DNA of 64,000 nucleotides, taken from assembly GCA_029861865.1 (NCBI GenBank), contig JAOTYL010000003.1:234695-298694 (forward strand), given 5' to 3'. Of this stretch, positions 49,774-58,865 are shown one piece after another. Source of the stretch: Myxococcales bacterium (GTDB lineage: Bacteria; Myxococcota_A; Polyangia; Polyangiales; Houyiibacteriaceae). A model generated the notes under the pieces. That model saw only the letters and a program-made list of their open reading frames with translations. It had not been told where the DNA came from and made no database searches. The translations under genes and the position numbers were made by a program. The stretch's first letter is position 1; each line of letters starts with the position of its first letter.

Positions 49774-49842
49774 TGGGATAAAGGTACAGATCGTCGCCAA
49801 CTTTGTCAAAGAACAGGCGATCTCCTCTCTTTCGGTCAGGTT

Positions 49843-50886
49843 TCAGTCGTCCGCATCGTCGGCCGTTTCATCGGGAGCGTCGGGATCGGGCGGCCCGGGC
49901 CTTTGGCTGACCTTTTCTTGCCACACCTCGGAGATGACCTCGATCGGCGAGAACCCGAGCAACCCCGTGATGCCCTCGCCGTTGGTGAGCCCCCGCCAAA
50001 AGCCATCGGCGATGCGCGCTACTTCGTCCGGGTCCATCTCCTCGATCGCCTGCAGAGCAGCCTGGGCAAGCCCGATGAGCCCGTTGATGCCAAGGGCGGC
50101 GGCAGCAAAACCGGGAAGAGGGTGGATGATGAGACTGCGGCTTGCGTACGCCAACGCCCATGCGCCCGGCTGCCGCCCGGCAAAGATTGCCCGCGCGGTC
50201 GGCAGCTCCATGAACAGGCCGACGTGTACCGGCCCAAGCTCACGCTCGACCGCTTGCACGACGACCCGGTGATCGCGTCGCCAAGCTCCCCCGAGCGGCC
50301 CTGTCCACTGCGACATCGCTTGGGGCCCAGCCAACGTGTCGAAGCCGCCGCGGTGTCGTCGAAGCACGGCCCCGGTCCAAAGCTCTGTGCCGTCGAACAC
50401 GCCGAGAATGGCGGAATGATCGTCGGGAAGCAGCGCATCGCCCACGGGCTTTGCCGAAGGTGCGGCCGGAAGGAATATGTCCGGGAGCGGGTTCGGCCAG
50501 ACGCGCAGCAGGTTTCCGTTTCCAAGCTCGCGCAAGACTCGTGCGAAGCGCATGACGCGGGCTACGAAGTCCTCTTCGGTGTCGAGCGGGTCCGCCAAGT
50601 ACTCTGCCAGGCCTGGCATGGCTCGCTCTCGCATGACGATGCAGGCGCCCGCGGCGGTCGCATCGCACAATGCACTGAGATCATCGAGCGGCGGTAACGA
50701 GGCAGGATCGATGCTCCCCTGGGCCGTGTGAAAGGAGGCCACGGGCGCACCCCCTTCATTGACCACGACTACGAGAGCTCCTCGAGGCTTGCTCGCCGCG
50801 GCCTCGGTCTCGCCGAGAAGCAGCGACACGAGACGACCCCACGAAACATCGTCGAACCCGAAGAACGCAAAGTCGTCGCTGATCAC
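49843..50886 (-). CDS. hypothetical protein (no recognisable family), acidic C-terminus
   Basis: 347-aa ORF with ordinary amino-acid composition, same strand as lexA and immediately upstream of it. The overlapping + strand ORF 49555-50697 is Arg/Pro-rich and judged spurious. Confidence 0.5.
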   Translation of the reverse strand: MISDDFAFFGFDDVSWGRLVSLLLGETEAAASKPRGALVVVVNEGGAPVASFHTAQGSIDPASLPPLDDLSALCDATAAGACIVMRERAMPGLAEYLADPLDTEEDFVARVMRFARVLRELGNGNLLRVWPNPLPDIFLPAAPSAKPVGDALLPDDHSAILGVFDGTELWTGAVLRRHRGGFDTLAGPQAMSQWTGPLGGAWRRDHRVVVQAVERELGPVHVGLFMELPTARAIFAGRQPGAWALAYASRSLIIHPLPGFAAAALGINGLIGLAQAALQAIEEMDPDEVARIADGFWRGLTNGEGITGLLGFSPIEVISEVWQEKVSQRPGPPDPDAPDETADDADD

Positions 50887-50956
50887 CGGTCGAACCTAGC
50901 ATGCGAAAACACCCTCCGCCTTTTGTGCTCAACGCCGAAAATCGTTTACAAGATCG

Positions 50957-51343
50957 TTGGTGGGCTTTGTTTGGGTCGCGATCGGGGGTGCAGCGGGCTC
51001 GTGCCTTCGGTACACGCTCTCACTGCTGTTGGGCGCTTTCTCCGTTGCCGAGGGCTTCCCCACGGCAACCTTCACAGCCAACGTCCTCGGGTCACTCGGC
51101 CTTGGGCTCGTGTTCGTGTTGGCCGAGGATCGCACCTGGTTTGGCAATGACCTGCGGCTCCTGCTCGGGACCGGGGTCATGGGTGGCTTCACGACTTACT
51201 CGACGTTCAACCTCGAGGGCATCGGGCTCATGCAACACGGGGCGTGGGGCCGGGCGGCACTCTACATGGGCGGGACGGTGGTGGTTTGTTTGGTCGCAGG
51301 GATCCTCGGCGTCGTCCTCGGACGGGTGATTCGGGGCTCGTAG
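50957..51343 (+). CDS. crcB: fluoride efflux channel CrcB/FluC
   Basis: 128-aa, four-helix ORF with GGAAGSCLRY and GVMGGFTTYSTF motifs. TTG/GTG start. Confidence 0.88.
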   Translation: MVGFVWVAIGGAAGSCLRYTLSLLLGAFSVAEGFPTATFTANVLGSLGLGLVFVLAEDRTWFGNDLRLLLGTGVMGGFTTYSTFNLEGIGLMQHGAWGRAALYMGGTVVVCLVAGILGVVLGRVIRGS

Positions 51344-51370
51344 CGGTGACTATCGAGTCCGCAGGCGCGC

Positions 51371-53287
51371 TCATCGATGCGTGAGCAAGGCTTCGACCAC
51401 GCTGGCGTCCGCGAGGGTCGAGATATCGCCAAGCTGTTCGCCTTCACCGGCGGCGATCTTCCGGAGGATCCGACGCATGATCTTTCCCGACCGGGTTTTC
51501 GGAAGGCCGCTCACCACCCGGATCTCGTCCGGGGTCGCGATCGGTCCGATAACTTGGCGCACTTGTTCTTTGAGCGCACCTTGAAGCTCTTGCGGATCCC
51601 AGTCGGCGCCGGCGATCGGCACGACGAACGCGAAGATGCCTTGGCCCTTGATCTCGTGGGGGCAGGGTACGACAGCGGCTTCAGCCACGGCTTGGTGTGC
51701 CACGAGCGCGCTCTCGATCTCGGCCGTGCCTAGACGGTGACCCGACACGTTGATTACATCATCGACGCGACCCGTGATCCAATAGTAGCCGTCTTCGTCC
51801 CGGCGGCAGCCGTCGCCGGTGAAGTAATAGCCGGGATACCGGGAGAAGTACGTCTCGATGAAGCGTTTGTGGTTGCCGTGGATCGTGCGCGCCTGCCCCG
51901 GCCATGGTCGAGCGATGCATAGGAAACCCGCGACATCGTTGCCCTCGATGACCTGGCCTTTGTCATCGAGGAGGACCGGCTCGATGCCAAACAAGGGAAG
52001 GGTCGCGGAGCCAGGCTTGGTCGGCGTCGCGCCTGGAAGCGGGCTGATCAGCACGCCGCCGGTTTCGGTTTGCCACCACGTATCGACGATCGGGAGCTTT
52101 CCGTTTCCGACGACGTCGCTATACCACCGCCAGACTTCGGGATTGATCGGCTCACCCACCGTCCCGAGCACCCGCAGCGACGCGCGGCTCGAGCCCTGCA
52201 CCGGACCGTCACCTTCGCGCATGAGGGCGCGTAACGCAGTCGGCGACGTGTAGAGCGTCGTCGCTTGGATGTCGTCGATCACTTTCCAATAGCGGCTTGC
52301 GTCGGGGTAGGTCGGGACCGATTCGAACATCACGGTGGTCACCCCATTCGCGAGTGGCCCGTAGATGATGTAGCTGTGGCCCGTAATCCACCCGATATCG
52401 GCGGCGCAGAAGTGAATGTCGTCTGGACCGATGTCGAAGACGTACCGGAACGTCGACGAGACGTAGGTGAGATACCCGGCAGTGGTGTGAACCACCCCCT
52501 TGGGCTTGCCGGTCGATCCCGACGTGTAGAGGATGAAGAGCGGATCTTCGGAGGCCATCCATTCGGCCGCGCACGTAACGCGTTGCTCGGCCATCGCTTC
52601 GTGCAACCAAAGGTCGCGCCCCGGTTGCATCGGGACCTCCGCGTCGGTACGGCGGACTACGAGCACCCTTTCGACCAGACTGAGCCCTTCGACCGCATCG
52701 TCGGTGATCGCTTTGAGAGGAATCCGCTTTCCTCCGCGCAGACCTTCGTTCGCTGTGACGAGCACTTTCGCCTCTGCGTCGATGATCCGGTCGCGCAGGG
52801 CCTCCGCGCTGAACCCGCCGAACACGATCGAGTGGACCGCGCCGATTCGCGCGCAGGCGAGCATCGTGTAGGCGAGCTCGGGAACCATCGGGAGATAGAT
52901 GCAGACCCGATCCCCCTTTTTGACACCGAGAGACCTCAAGAGGTTTGCCACGCGGCCGACATGGCTCTTCAGTTCCGCAAAGGAGATGTGCTCGTACTGT
53001 CCTGGTTCGTCTTTGACGAAGATGATCGCGGTCTTCGAGGGATCCTTGGCGACGTGCCGATCGACGCAGTTGATCGACACATTGAGCCGCCCCCCAGGAA
53101 ACCAAACGAATTCGCCGGTGCCGTACTCCTCGAACACGTCGTGCGGCTCGTAAAACCAGTGGAGCGTTTCACTCTGTCGGCGCCAAAACACCTCCGGGTG
53201 AGCGATGCTCTCCTCGTAGAAGCTGCGGTATTGATCGAGCCCGGTGATGCGATTGCGAGAAGCCAAATCGGGTTGGGTCAGTGTCAT
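51371..53287 (-). CDS. acs: acetyl-CoA synthetase
   Basis: YTSGSTGKPKGV, WWQTETGG, TGDGCRRDEDGYYWITGRVDDV and LPKTRSGKIMRR. ATG 53287 (AAGGTG RBS) is preferred over the ORF-track start 53317. Confidence 0.95.
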   Translation of the reverse strand: MTLTQPDLASRNRITGLDQYRSFYEESIAHPEVFWRRQSETLHWFYEPHDVFEEYGTGEFVWFPGGRLNVSINCVDRHVAKDPSKTAIIFVKDEPGQYEHISFAELKSHVGRVANLLRSLGVKKGDRVCIYLPMVPELAYTMLACARIGAVHSIVFGGFSAEALRDRIIDAEAKVLVTANEGLRGGKRIPLKAITDDAVEGLSLVERVLVVRRTDAEVPMQPGRDLWLHEAMAEQRVTCAAEWMASEDPLFILYTSGSTGKPKGVVHTTAGYLTYVSSTFRYVFDIGPDDIHFCAADIGWITGHSYIIYGPLANGVTTVMFESVPTYPDASRYWKVIDDIQATTLYTSPTALRALMREGDGPVQGSSRASLRVLGTVGEPINPEVWRWYSDVVGNGKLPIVDTWWQTETGGVLISPLPGATPTKPGSATLPLFGIEPVLLDDKGQVIEGNDVAGFLCIARPWPGQARTIHGNHKRFIETYFSRYPGYYFTGDGCRRDEDGYYWITGRVDDVINVSGHRLGTAEIESALVAHQAVAEAAVVPCPHEIKGQGIFAFVVPIAGADWDPQELQGALKEQVRQVIGPIATPDEIRVVSGLPKTRSGKIMRRILRKIAAGEGEQLGDISTLADASVVEALLTHR

Positions 53288-53326
53288 CGATGCACCTTTT
53301 GGCTCTTCTAGCCTCAAACAGGGCGT

Positions 53327-54583
53327 TTGAAAACGTATACTGCGCCCGTGTCTTCGCGTGAACGGGAGTCGGCAGCCCCGGGTCGGTCGAGCGTGTTCTT
53401 CAGCTATGCGTTTCGTCCCCTATTCCTATTGGCGACGCTTCATGCGCTGATCGCGGTTCCCGTGTGGGTATGCGGGTGGCTAGGTTGGCTGCCGATGCCG
53501 ACCATCATGGGGGGCAATCCGGTCTGGTGGCACGCGCACGAAATGCTCTTCGGATTCGCCGGCGCTGCAGTCGGTGGGTTCCTGCTAACTGCCGTCGCAA
53601 CCTGGACGAAGCGTCCGCCTGTTGCGGGTGGGCCGCTCGTGGCGCTGGCACTCCTATGGCTGAGCGCGAGGCTGCTCTTCTTCGTGCCAGCCACCATGAC
53701 CCAGGGATGGATGCTGCCCGCGGCGGCTACTGCCGATCTCGGATACGACCTGCTGCTCCTTGCTTTGATGAGCCGCGAGGTGATCTTGGTGCGCAATCGA
53801 AGGAACTACAAGGTGCTCGTACTGTTGTCACTTCTGGTTCTTGTGAATGCAGCGTTCTACGTCGGCATCCAGGGGAGGGCCGGTTGGGCCGATCCTGCGC
53901 TGCTCGCCGCGTTGTGGGTCTTCATCCTCCTCATTTCGGTCATCGCGGGGCGCGTGATCCCTGCCTTCACCCAAAACTGGCTCCGCCTTCACGGGTTGCA
54001 CCGAGCCGACGCCGAGCTGGGGGCGCCGCCCGCTTTTGATCGCGTCGATCTCTCGGCGACCATTGCTCTCATCGCGTTTGCCGCGCTCACTTTATTGCCC
54101 AGTCCCCCGATCGTGGCTGCTCTCGCAGGCTTGGTCGCCGGCGTGCTCCTGTTGGCGCGTGTCGCCCGGTGGCAGGGTTTGCGCGCGAGGCGCGATCCAT
54201 TGGTCTCAATCCTCCACGTCGCGTTTCTTTGGATTCCGATCGGCGTCTTGCTCTTGGCGGGCTCTGCGCTCGGTTGGTGGCCTGTGAGCGCCGGCGTTCA
54301 CGCGCTCACCACTGGCGCCATCGCCACCATGATCGTCGCCATCGCGAGCAGAGCGGCGTTGGGCCACACGGGAAGGCCGCTTCAAAGTCACCCGGTGCTC
54401 AACCTGGGCTACGCGATGATCACGTTGGCGGCCGTGTTGCGGGTGCTGGTCGTGGCAGTTCCCGATGCGCGGGCGATGCTATTGCTATCCGCCGCCAGCT
54501 GGAGCCTCGGCTTTGCCTGTTTTGCCTGGCGCTACATGCCGATCCTGGTGCGGCCCCCCCTCGATCCTCGATTGCCCGCCTGA
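53327..54583 (+). CDS. NnrS-family membrane protein
   Basis: 12-helix-like ORF with FFSYAFRPLFLLATLHALIAVPVW and WHAHEMLFGFAGAAVGGFLLTAVATW, typical of NnrS. The start is TTG 53327 or GTG 53348. Confidence 0.75.
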   Translation: MKTYTAPVSSRERESAAPGRSSVFFSYAFRPLFLLATLHALIAVPVWVCGWLGWLPMPTIMGGNPVWWHAHEMLFGFAGAAVGGFLLTAVATWTKRPPVAGGPLVALALLWLSARLLFFVPATMTQGWMLPAAATADLGYDLLLLALMSREVILVRNRRNYKVLVLLSLLVLVNAAFYVGIQGRAGWADPALLAALWVFILLISVIAGRVIPAFTQNWLRLHGLHRADAELGAPPAFDRVDLSATIALIAFAALTLLPSPPIVAALAGLVAGVLLLARVARWQGLRARRDPLVSILHVAFLWIPIGVLLLAGSALGWWPVSAGVHALTTGAIATMIVAIASRAALGHTGRPLQSHPVLNLGYAMITLAAVLRVLVVAVPDARAMLLLSAASWSLGFACFAWRYMPILVRPPLDPRLPA

Positions 54584-54666
54584 ATCGGACGAGCCCCCCT
54601 ACCAGGGGCTTCCTGTCCAGGGCACTCCACCCCCGTATTTACGACCACGAAACAATTCGGAAATAA

Positions 54667-55068
<402 letters not shown>

Positions 55069-55167
55069 GCCGGGGCTTAAACAGCTGGGATTTCGAAGAC
55101 TTGTCGATCCCCATAGGTTTGACGCGGCGCGGTCGGGTCAGATACCCTTTCTCGACGGCACCGGTTC

Positions 55168-56034
55168 ATGGGGATGAGTGCTTCACGATTGGCCGCGCAG
55201 ACGGTCCGTGCTCTGCCGCGCAAGCGCTTGAGCAGGGCGCTCGGCAGGCTTGCGGCTTCCGCGGCGCCCCAATCGTGGGTGGATGCGGCAATTTCGGCGT
55301 TCGTGAAGGCTTACGACGTCGATCTGAGCGAGGTCGACATGCCGCCCGACGGGTTTCGGACCTTCGATGATTTTTTCACGCGCAAGCTCATCACCGGTGC
55401 CCGGTTGGTCGACGGTAACCCCAGGGCCCTGGTTTCCCCGGCCGATGGACGGATCGAGGACCTCGGTAGGCTCACCGCGGGGGCCGAGCTTCTGGTCAAA
55501 GGGCAAACCTATTCGGCCGCCGATCTGATCGGCGACCCCGACGCGGCCGCTCTCTATGAAGGGGGGCACTACTTCATCGTCTACCTGTCCCCGCGTGACT
55601 ACCATCGCGTACACGCGCCGACATCTGGAGCAGTCCAATACGTCCGCTACGTGCCGGGGACTTTGTTCCCCGTAAACCGGATTGGCACCGATCACATCCC
55701 CCAGCTTTTCGCAAGGAACGAACGGCTTGCTATTGTGCAGGAAAGCGTGGTTCACGGAGTTGTGACCACGATCATGGTGGGGGCGATCGGTGTGGGACGC
55801 ATCGGGCTGAGCTTTGACGATCTGCAGACGAACCGGGGGGATGCTCCCGGAGTGCGCAGTTACGCCGACTCGCCGATCGCGCTTGACCGAGGCGAAGAGC
55901 TGGGAGTCTTCCACATGGGCTCGACTGCCATCGTGATGACGCCACCTGCATGCGAGCTCGAGGTTGCGAGCGAGGCCGGAGCGTCGGTTCGAATGGGCGA
56001 GGCGATGGCCATCGGAGGCCTCGATGAGCGGTGA
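55168..56034 (+). CDS. psd: phosphatidylserine decarboxylase proenzyme
   Basis: FFTRKL, DYHRVHAP and the self-cleavage site FHMGST (LGST-type). Confidence 0.88.
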   Translation: MGMSASRLAAQTVRALPRKRLSRALGRLAASAAPQSWVDAAISAFVKAYDVDLSEVDMPPDGFRTFDDFFTRKLITGARLVDGNPRALVSPADGRIEDLGRLTAGAELLVKGQTYSAADLIGDPDAAALYEGGHYFIVYLSPRDYHRVHAPTSGAVQYVRYVPGTLFPVNRIGTDHIPQLFARNERLAIVQESVVHGVVTTIMVGAIGVGRIGLSFDDLQTNRGDAPGVRSYADSPIALDRGEELGVFHMGSTAIVMTPPACELEVASEAGASVRMGEAMAIGGLDER

Positions 56035-57481
56035 CGCGGCCGACAAGCCAGACGAGCTAGCAACGGCCCGCCAAACGTTCGGGTCGCGTGGAAGGCGAGC
56101 GCTCCGGGTGCCGATCACGGACATTCCGCGCGCGAAGCTGGTGGACGATGCGACAACGGCTCCCAGTCAGGACAACGGACACGGCGCGCGCGACGCAGAC
56201 AAGGAACGGGATTGGGACCGGCCTTCAGGGGTGACCGCTGCCGTCGAGGTCGATCGCGATCCGACCGAGCCTTCACTCGAAACCGAGCCTGACCCCCTTG
56301 GCTCCAGTCCCCCGGACGAGGAGGCTGCCGCGAAGACGGTGGAGCCTTCGATCGATGTGAGATTCACCGACCCGCCGGAGCCACCCGCGAGCGGACCGTC
56401 GACCCACGTCGCGCCGCCTCGCGCAGCAGCGCTGGGGAGTGCGCCGTTGCTCGAGAGGTACAGCGAGCCCCCCGAGGAGCTCTTTCTCGACGACGCCGAT
56501 GTGCTTTCGCGAAGCGACATCGCCCCTCCACCCGATCTCGCGGGCGATATCTTGATCCCGATCCCAAAGCCGCCACCGCCTCCGGTCGAGTCCACCGAAG
56601 CCGGGCCGCCCGAAGTGGAGTGCGACGAACATGGACCCTGGTACGAGAACTTCTTCGGGCAGCACTATCTCCGCACCGTGCGGACGCCGACTCCAAAGGA
56701 AGTGGCTGTCGAATGCGACTTCATCGAGCGAGCCTTGCGCATCGCCGGGGGCTCCCGCGTCCTCGACGTCGGATGTGGCCTCGGGGTGCAGACGGTCGAG
56801 CTAGCTTCACGAGGATATCAAGTCGTCGGCCTCGACATCTCCCAAACCATGGTCTCACGAGCCCGCGACGAGGCCGAAGACCAGGGTTTGAAAGTCGACT
56901 TCGTGCGCGGCGACATGCGAGAAGCGGCCTTCGACGACCCGTTCGACGGGCTCCTTTGCTGGGGCACCACCTTTGGTTACTTCAGCGAAGAGGAGAACGA
57001 GCTCGCGATTCGCCAATTCCACCGAGCGCTCAAACCGAAAGGCACCCTTCTGCTTGAAATCGTCAACCGTGATTTCATGATTGGCTCACAACCGAACCAG
57101 GTGTGGTTCGAAGTCGATGGTGCCGTGTGCATGGAAGAAACCGACTTCGACTACGTCACATCGCGGCTGCGGGTCAAACGCCGCGTCGCCAGCCATGACG
57201 GCCAAGAGCGAGACCGGCTCTACTCGATCCGCCTCTACGCGTTGCACGAAATCCGAGCGATGTTCGAGCGCAACGGTTTCCGCATCGACGAGGTGAGCGG
57301 TCGAGAGGCCACCTTGGGGGTTTTCTTCGGCACCCATTCGCCGAAGATGATCATCCGCGCCGAGCGCTTGCCCGGACCATTCTCGGATGGCGCCAGCACA
57401 CCGCCCCCGCCGCCGGTCCCCAAAGGCGCACTGAGCGAGTTCCCGCCCGACGACCTGCCATGGAAAAGGGGACCTAGTTAG
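56024..57481 (+). CDS. class I SAM-dependent methyltransferase with ~230-aa Pro-rich disordered N-terminal extension
   Basis: Motif I RVLDVGCGLGVQTVELA, with VVGLDIS, DGLLCWGTTFGYF and LKPKGTLLLE. ATG 56024 overlaps the psd 3' end by 11 nt. Confidence 0.7.
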   Translation: MSGDAADKPDELATARQTFGSRGRRALRVPITDIPRAKLVDDATTAPSQDNGHGARDADKERDWDRPSGVTAAVEVDRDPTEPSLETEPDPLGSSPPDEEAAAKTVEPSIDVRFTDPPEPPASGPSTHVAPPRAAALGSAPLLERYSEPPEELFLDDADVLSRSDIAPPPDLAGDILIPIPKPPPPPVESTEAGPPEVECDEHGPWYENFFGQHYLRTVRTPTPKEVAVECDFIERALRIAGGSRVLDVGCGLGVQTVELASRGYQVVGLDISQTMVSRARDEAEDQGLKVDFVRGDMREAAFDDPFDGLLCWGTTFGYFSEEENELAIRQFHRALKPKGTLLLEIVNRDFMIGSQPNQVWFEVDGAVCMEETDFDYVTSRLRVKRRVASHDGQERDRLYSIRLYALHEIRAMFERNGFRIDEVSGREATLGVFFGTHSPKMIIRAERLPGPFSDGASTPPPPPVPKGALSEFPPDDLPWKRGPS

Positions 57482-57523
57482 CTAGCGGTTGGCTTCCCAG
57501 CTGTGGTCGTGCTTTGGTTGTGG

Positions 57524-58543
57524 ATGCGCCGCGCTTGCCCTTTGTTGTCTTTATTCCTGGTCGGTGTCCTGCTCAGTGGGGATTCGCTCACCAGCAAGGC
57601 GAGCGCTGAAGCACGCCCCCAAGCGGCGCACCAGCTTCGAATCGCGACCTTGGCGCCCAGGCAGTCCGGGCTCGGCAAGGCGTTTCAAGAGCTCCGCAAG
57701 GAGTTGAGGGAACGGACCGGCGGGCAGGTCGAGCTCAAGATGTATCACGGCGGCGTAGCCGGGGACGAGATGACCGTCGTCCGCAAGATGCGCGTGGGGC
57801 AGCTCGACGGCGCGCTCTTGACGTCGACCGGTTTGGGTGGGCTCGTGCCGCAAGTGTTGGTGCTCCAGGCGCCTGGTCTCATCGGCAGTTATCCAGAGCT
57901 CGACGACGTTCGAGAGAAGCTAGCTCCCGAGCTCGAAGCGCTCTTCGACAAGGCGGGCTACGCGCTGATCTCCTGGGGCGACTCCGGACAGATCCGGATC
58001 TTCTCCAAACACAAGATCCAGGCCCCCTCCGACTTGCAGCGCGTCCGGCCCTGGGTGTGGCGCGGCTCGCCAACGATGAAAGCGTTCATCGAAGCCGCGG
58101 GTGCAAACGGTGTCGCCCTAGGGCTACCGGAGGTCTTCTCGGCGCTCCAAACCGGAATGGTGGACACGGTGATCGCGACTTCCATCGGCGTCCTCGCCTT
58201 TCAGTGGCACACGCGCCTCAAAACGATGACCAAGCCCGGAGGTGGCATCGTGGTCGGTGCGTATGTGATCAAGAAAGACCGTCTTGCCGCGCTCCCGAAA
58301 GAGGCTCGAGACTACATCCGGCAAAGCGCACGCGATCACGCAGCCGAGTTCCGCGAAGGCGGGCGAAAGTTCGACAAGGAAGCCAGCGAGGCACTCGCCA
58401 GCAGGCTCAAGACGGTGAACCTCTGGCGCAATCAGCAAGCATGGCAGGCTGTTCAAGCAAAGGCCCGGGAAGCGCTCGCCGGACGGCTATACTCGAAGTC
58501 GCTTCTCAGACGGGTGCAGGAGATCTTGGGTAAGGACTACTGA
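57524..58543 (+). CDS. TRAP transporter solute-binding protein (DctP family)
   Basis: Signal peptide MRRACPLLSLFLVGVLL, then RIATLAPRQSGLGKAFQELRKELRERTGGQVELKMYHGGVAGDE...VGQLDGALLT, typical of DctP-type SBPs. Confidence 0.8.
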   Translation: MRRACPLLSLFLVGVLLSGDSLTSKASAEARPQAAHQLRIATLAPRQSGLGKAFQELRKELRERTGGQVELKMYHGGVAGDEMTVVRKMRVGQLDGALLTSTGLGGLVPQVLVLQAPGLIGSYPELDDVREKLAPELEALFDKAGYALISWGDSGQIRIFSKHKIQAPSDLQRVRPWVWRGSPTMKAFIEAAGANGVALGLPEVFSALQTGMVDTVIATSIGVLAFQWHTRLKTMTKPGGGIVVGAYVIKKDRLAALPKEARDYIRQSARDHAAEFREGGRKFDKEASEALASRLKTVNLWRNQQAWQAVQAKAREALAGRLYSKSLLRRVQEILGKDY

Positions 58544-58649
58544 GGTCAAGCGCACGACCGCTGAAACAGGAGCTCAGACCGGATCAAGTCGGGTGAATCG
58601 GGCGGTGTGCGACACGGCCGATGGTACTGACACTGTTTTCGAGGAGTAG

Positions 58650-58812
58650 GTGACTCGGGCCGCGGCGCGGGATGGGCAGCACAGCGATGGGGAGGAGCCC
58701 GCGTCAAGATCCATACTTATCGCAAAGGGCGACCGGGGCCCCATCGCGAGCACGCCCGTCACGCGCCGCGGTCTGAGTCACCGGTTGACGCAGATGATGG
58801 AGGTGCGTCAAC
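58650..58812 (+). repeat. nested inverted repeats (possible structured RNA or palindromic element)
   Basis: Arm 58650-58669 GTGACTCGGGCCGCGGCGCG pairs with 58762-58781 CGCGCCGCGGTCTGAGTCAC (18 Watson-Crick pairs plus 2 G-U, in the + sense only). An inner 9-bp stem pairs 58684-58692 with 58739-58747. An adjacent 9-bp hairpin pairs 58784-58792 with 58804-58812. Confidence 0.45.
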
Positions 58813-58865
58813 GAAGCGTCGATGGGTGGACCCACACGCCCACCCCGTCGCCCCCACGCTAGTGC

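Noticed and set aside
49555-50697. Long antisense or out-of-frame ORFs. Examples are 49555-50697 (+), 22952-24100 (-), 24484-25791 (-), 30887-32071 (-), 41636-42760 (-), 8228-9367 (-), 10531-11802 (-), 33605-34570 (-) and 55183-56124 (-).
   Set aside because: They lie opposite to, or out of frame with, genes carrying unambiguous conserved motifs (nusA, infB, CCP, kinase, mutS2, acnA, psd). They are Arg/Pro/Gly-rich with no recognisable motifs, as expected for stop-codon-poor alternative frames in high-GC DNA.
50887-50956. A fluoride (crcB-motif) riboswitch was expected upstream of crcB.
   Set aside because: The 70-nt upstream region shows nothing resembling the conserved pseudoknotted core as I remember it (GGnGAUGG...CUGAUGAUGCCUAC-like elements). 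crcB here appears to lack the riboswitch, though a covariance-model scan would be the decisive test.
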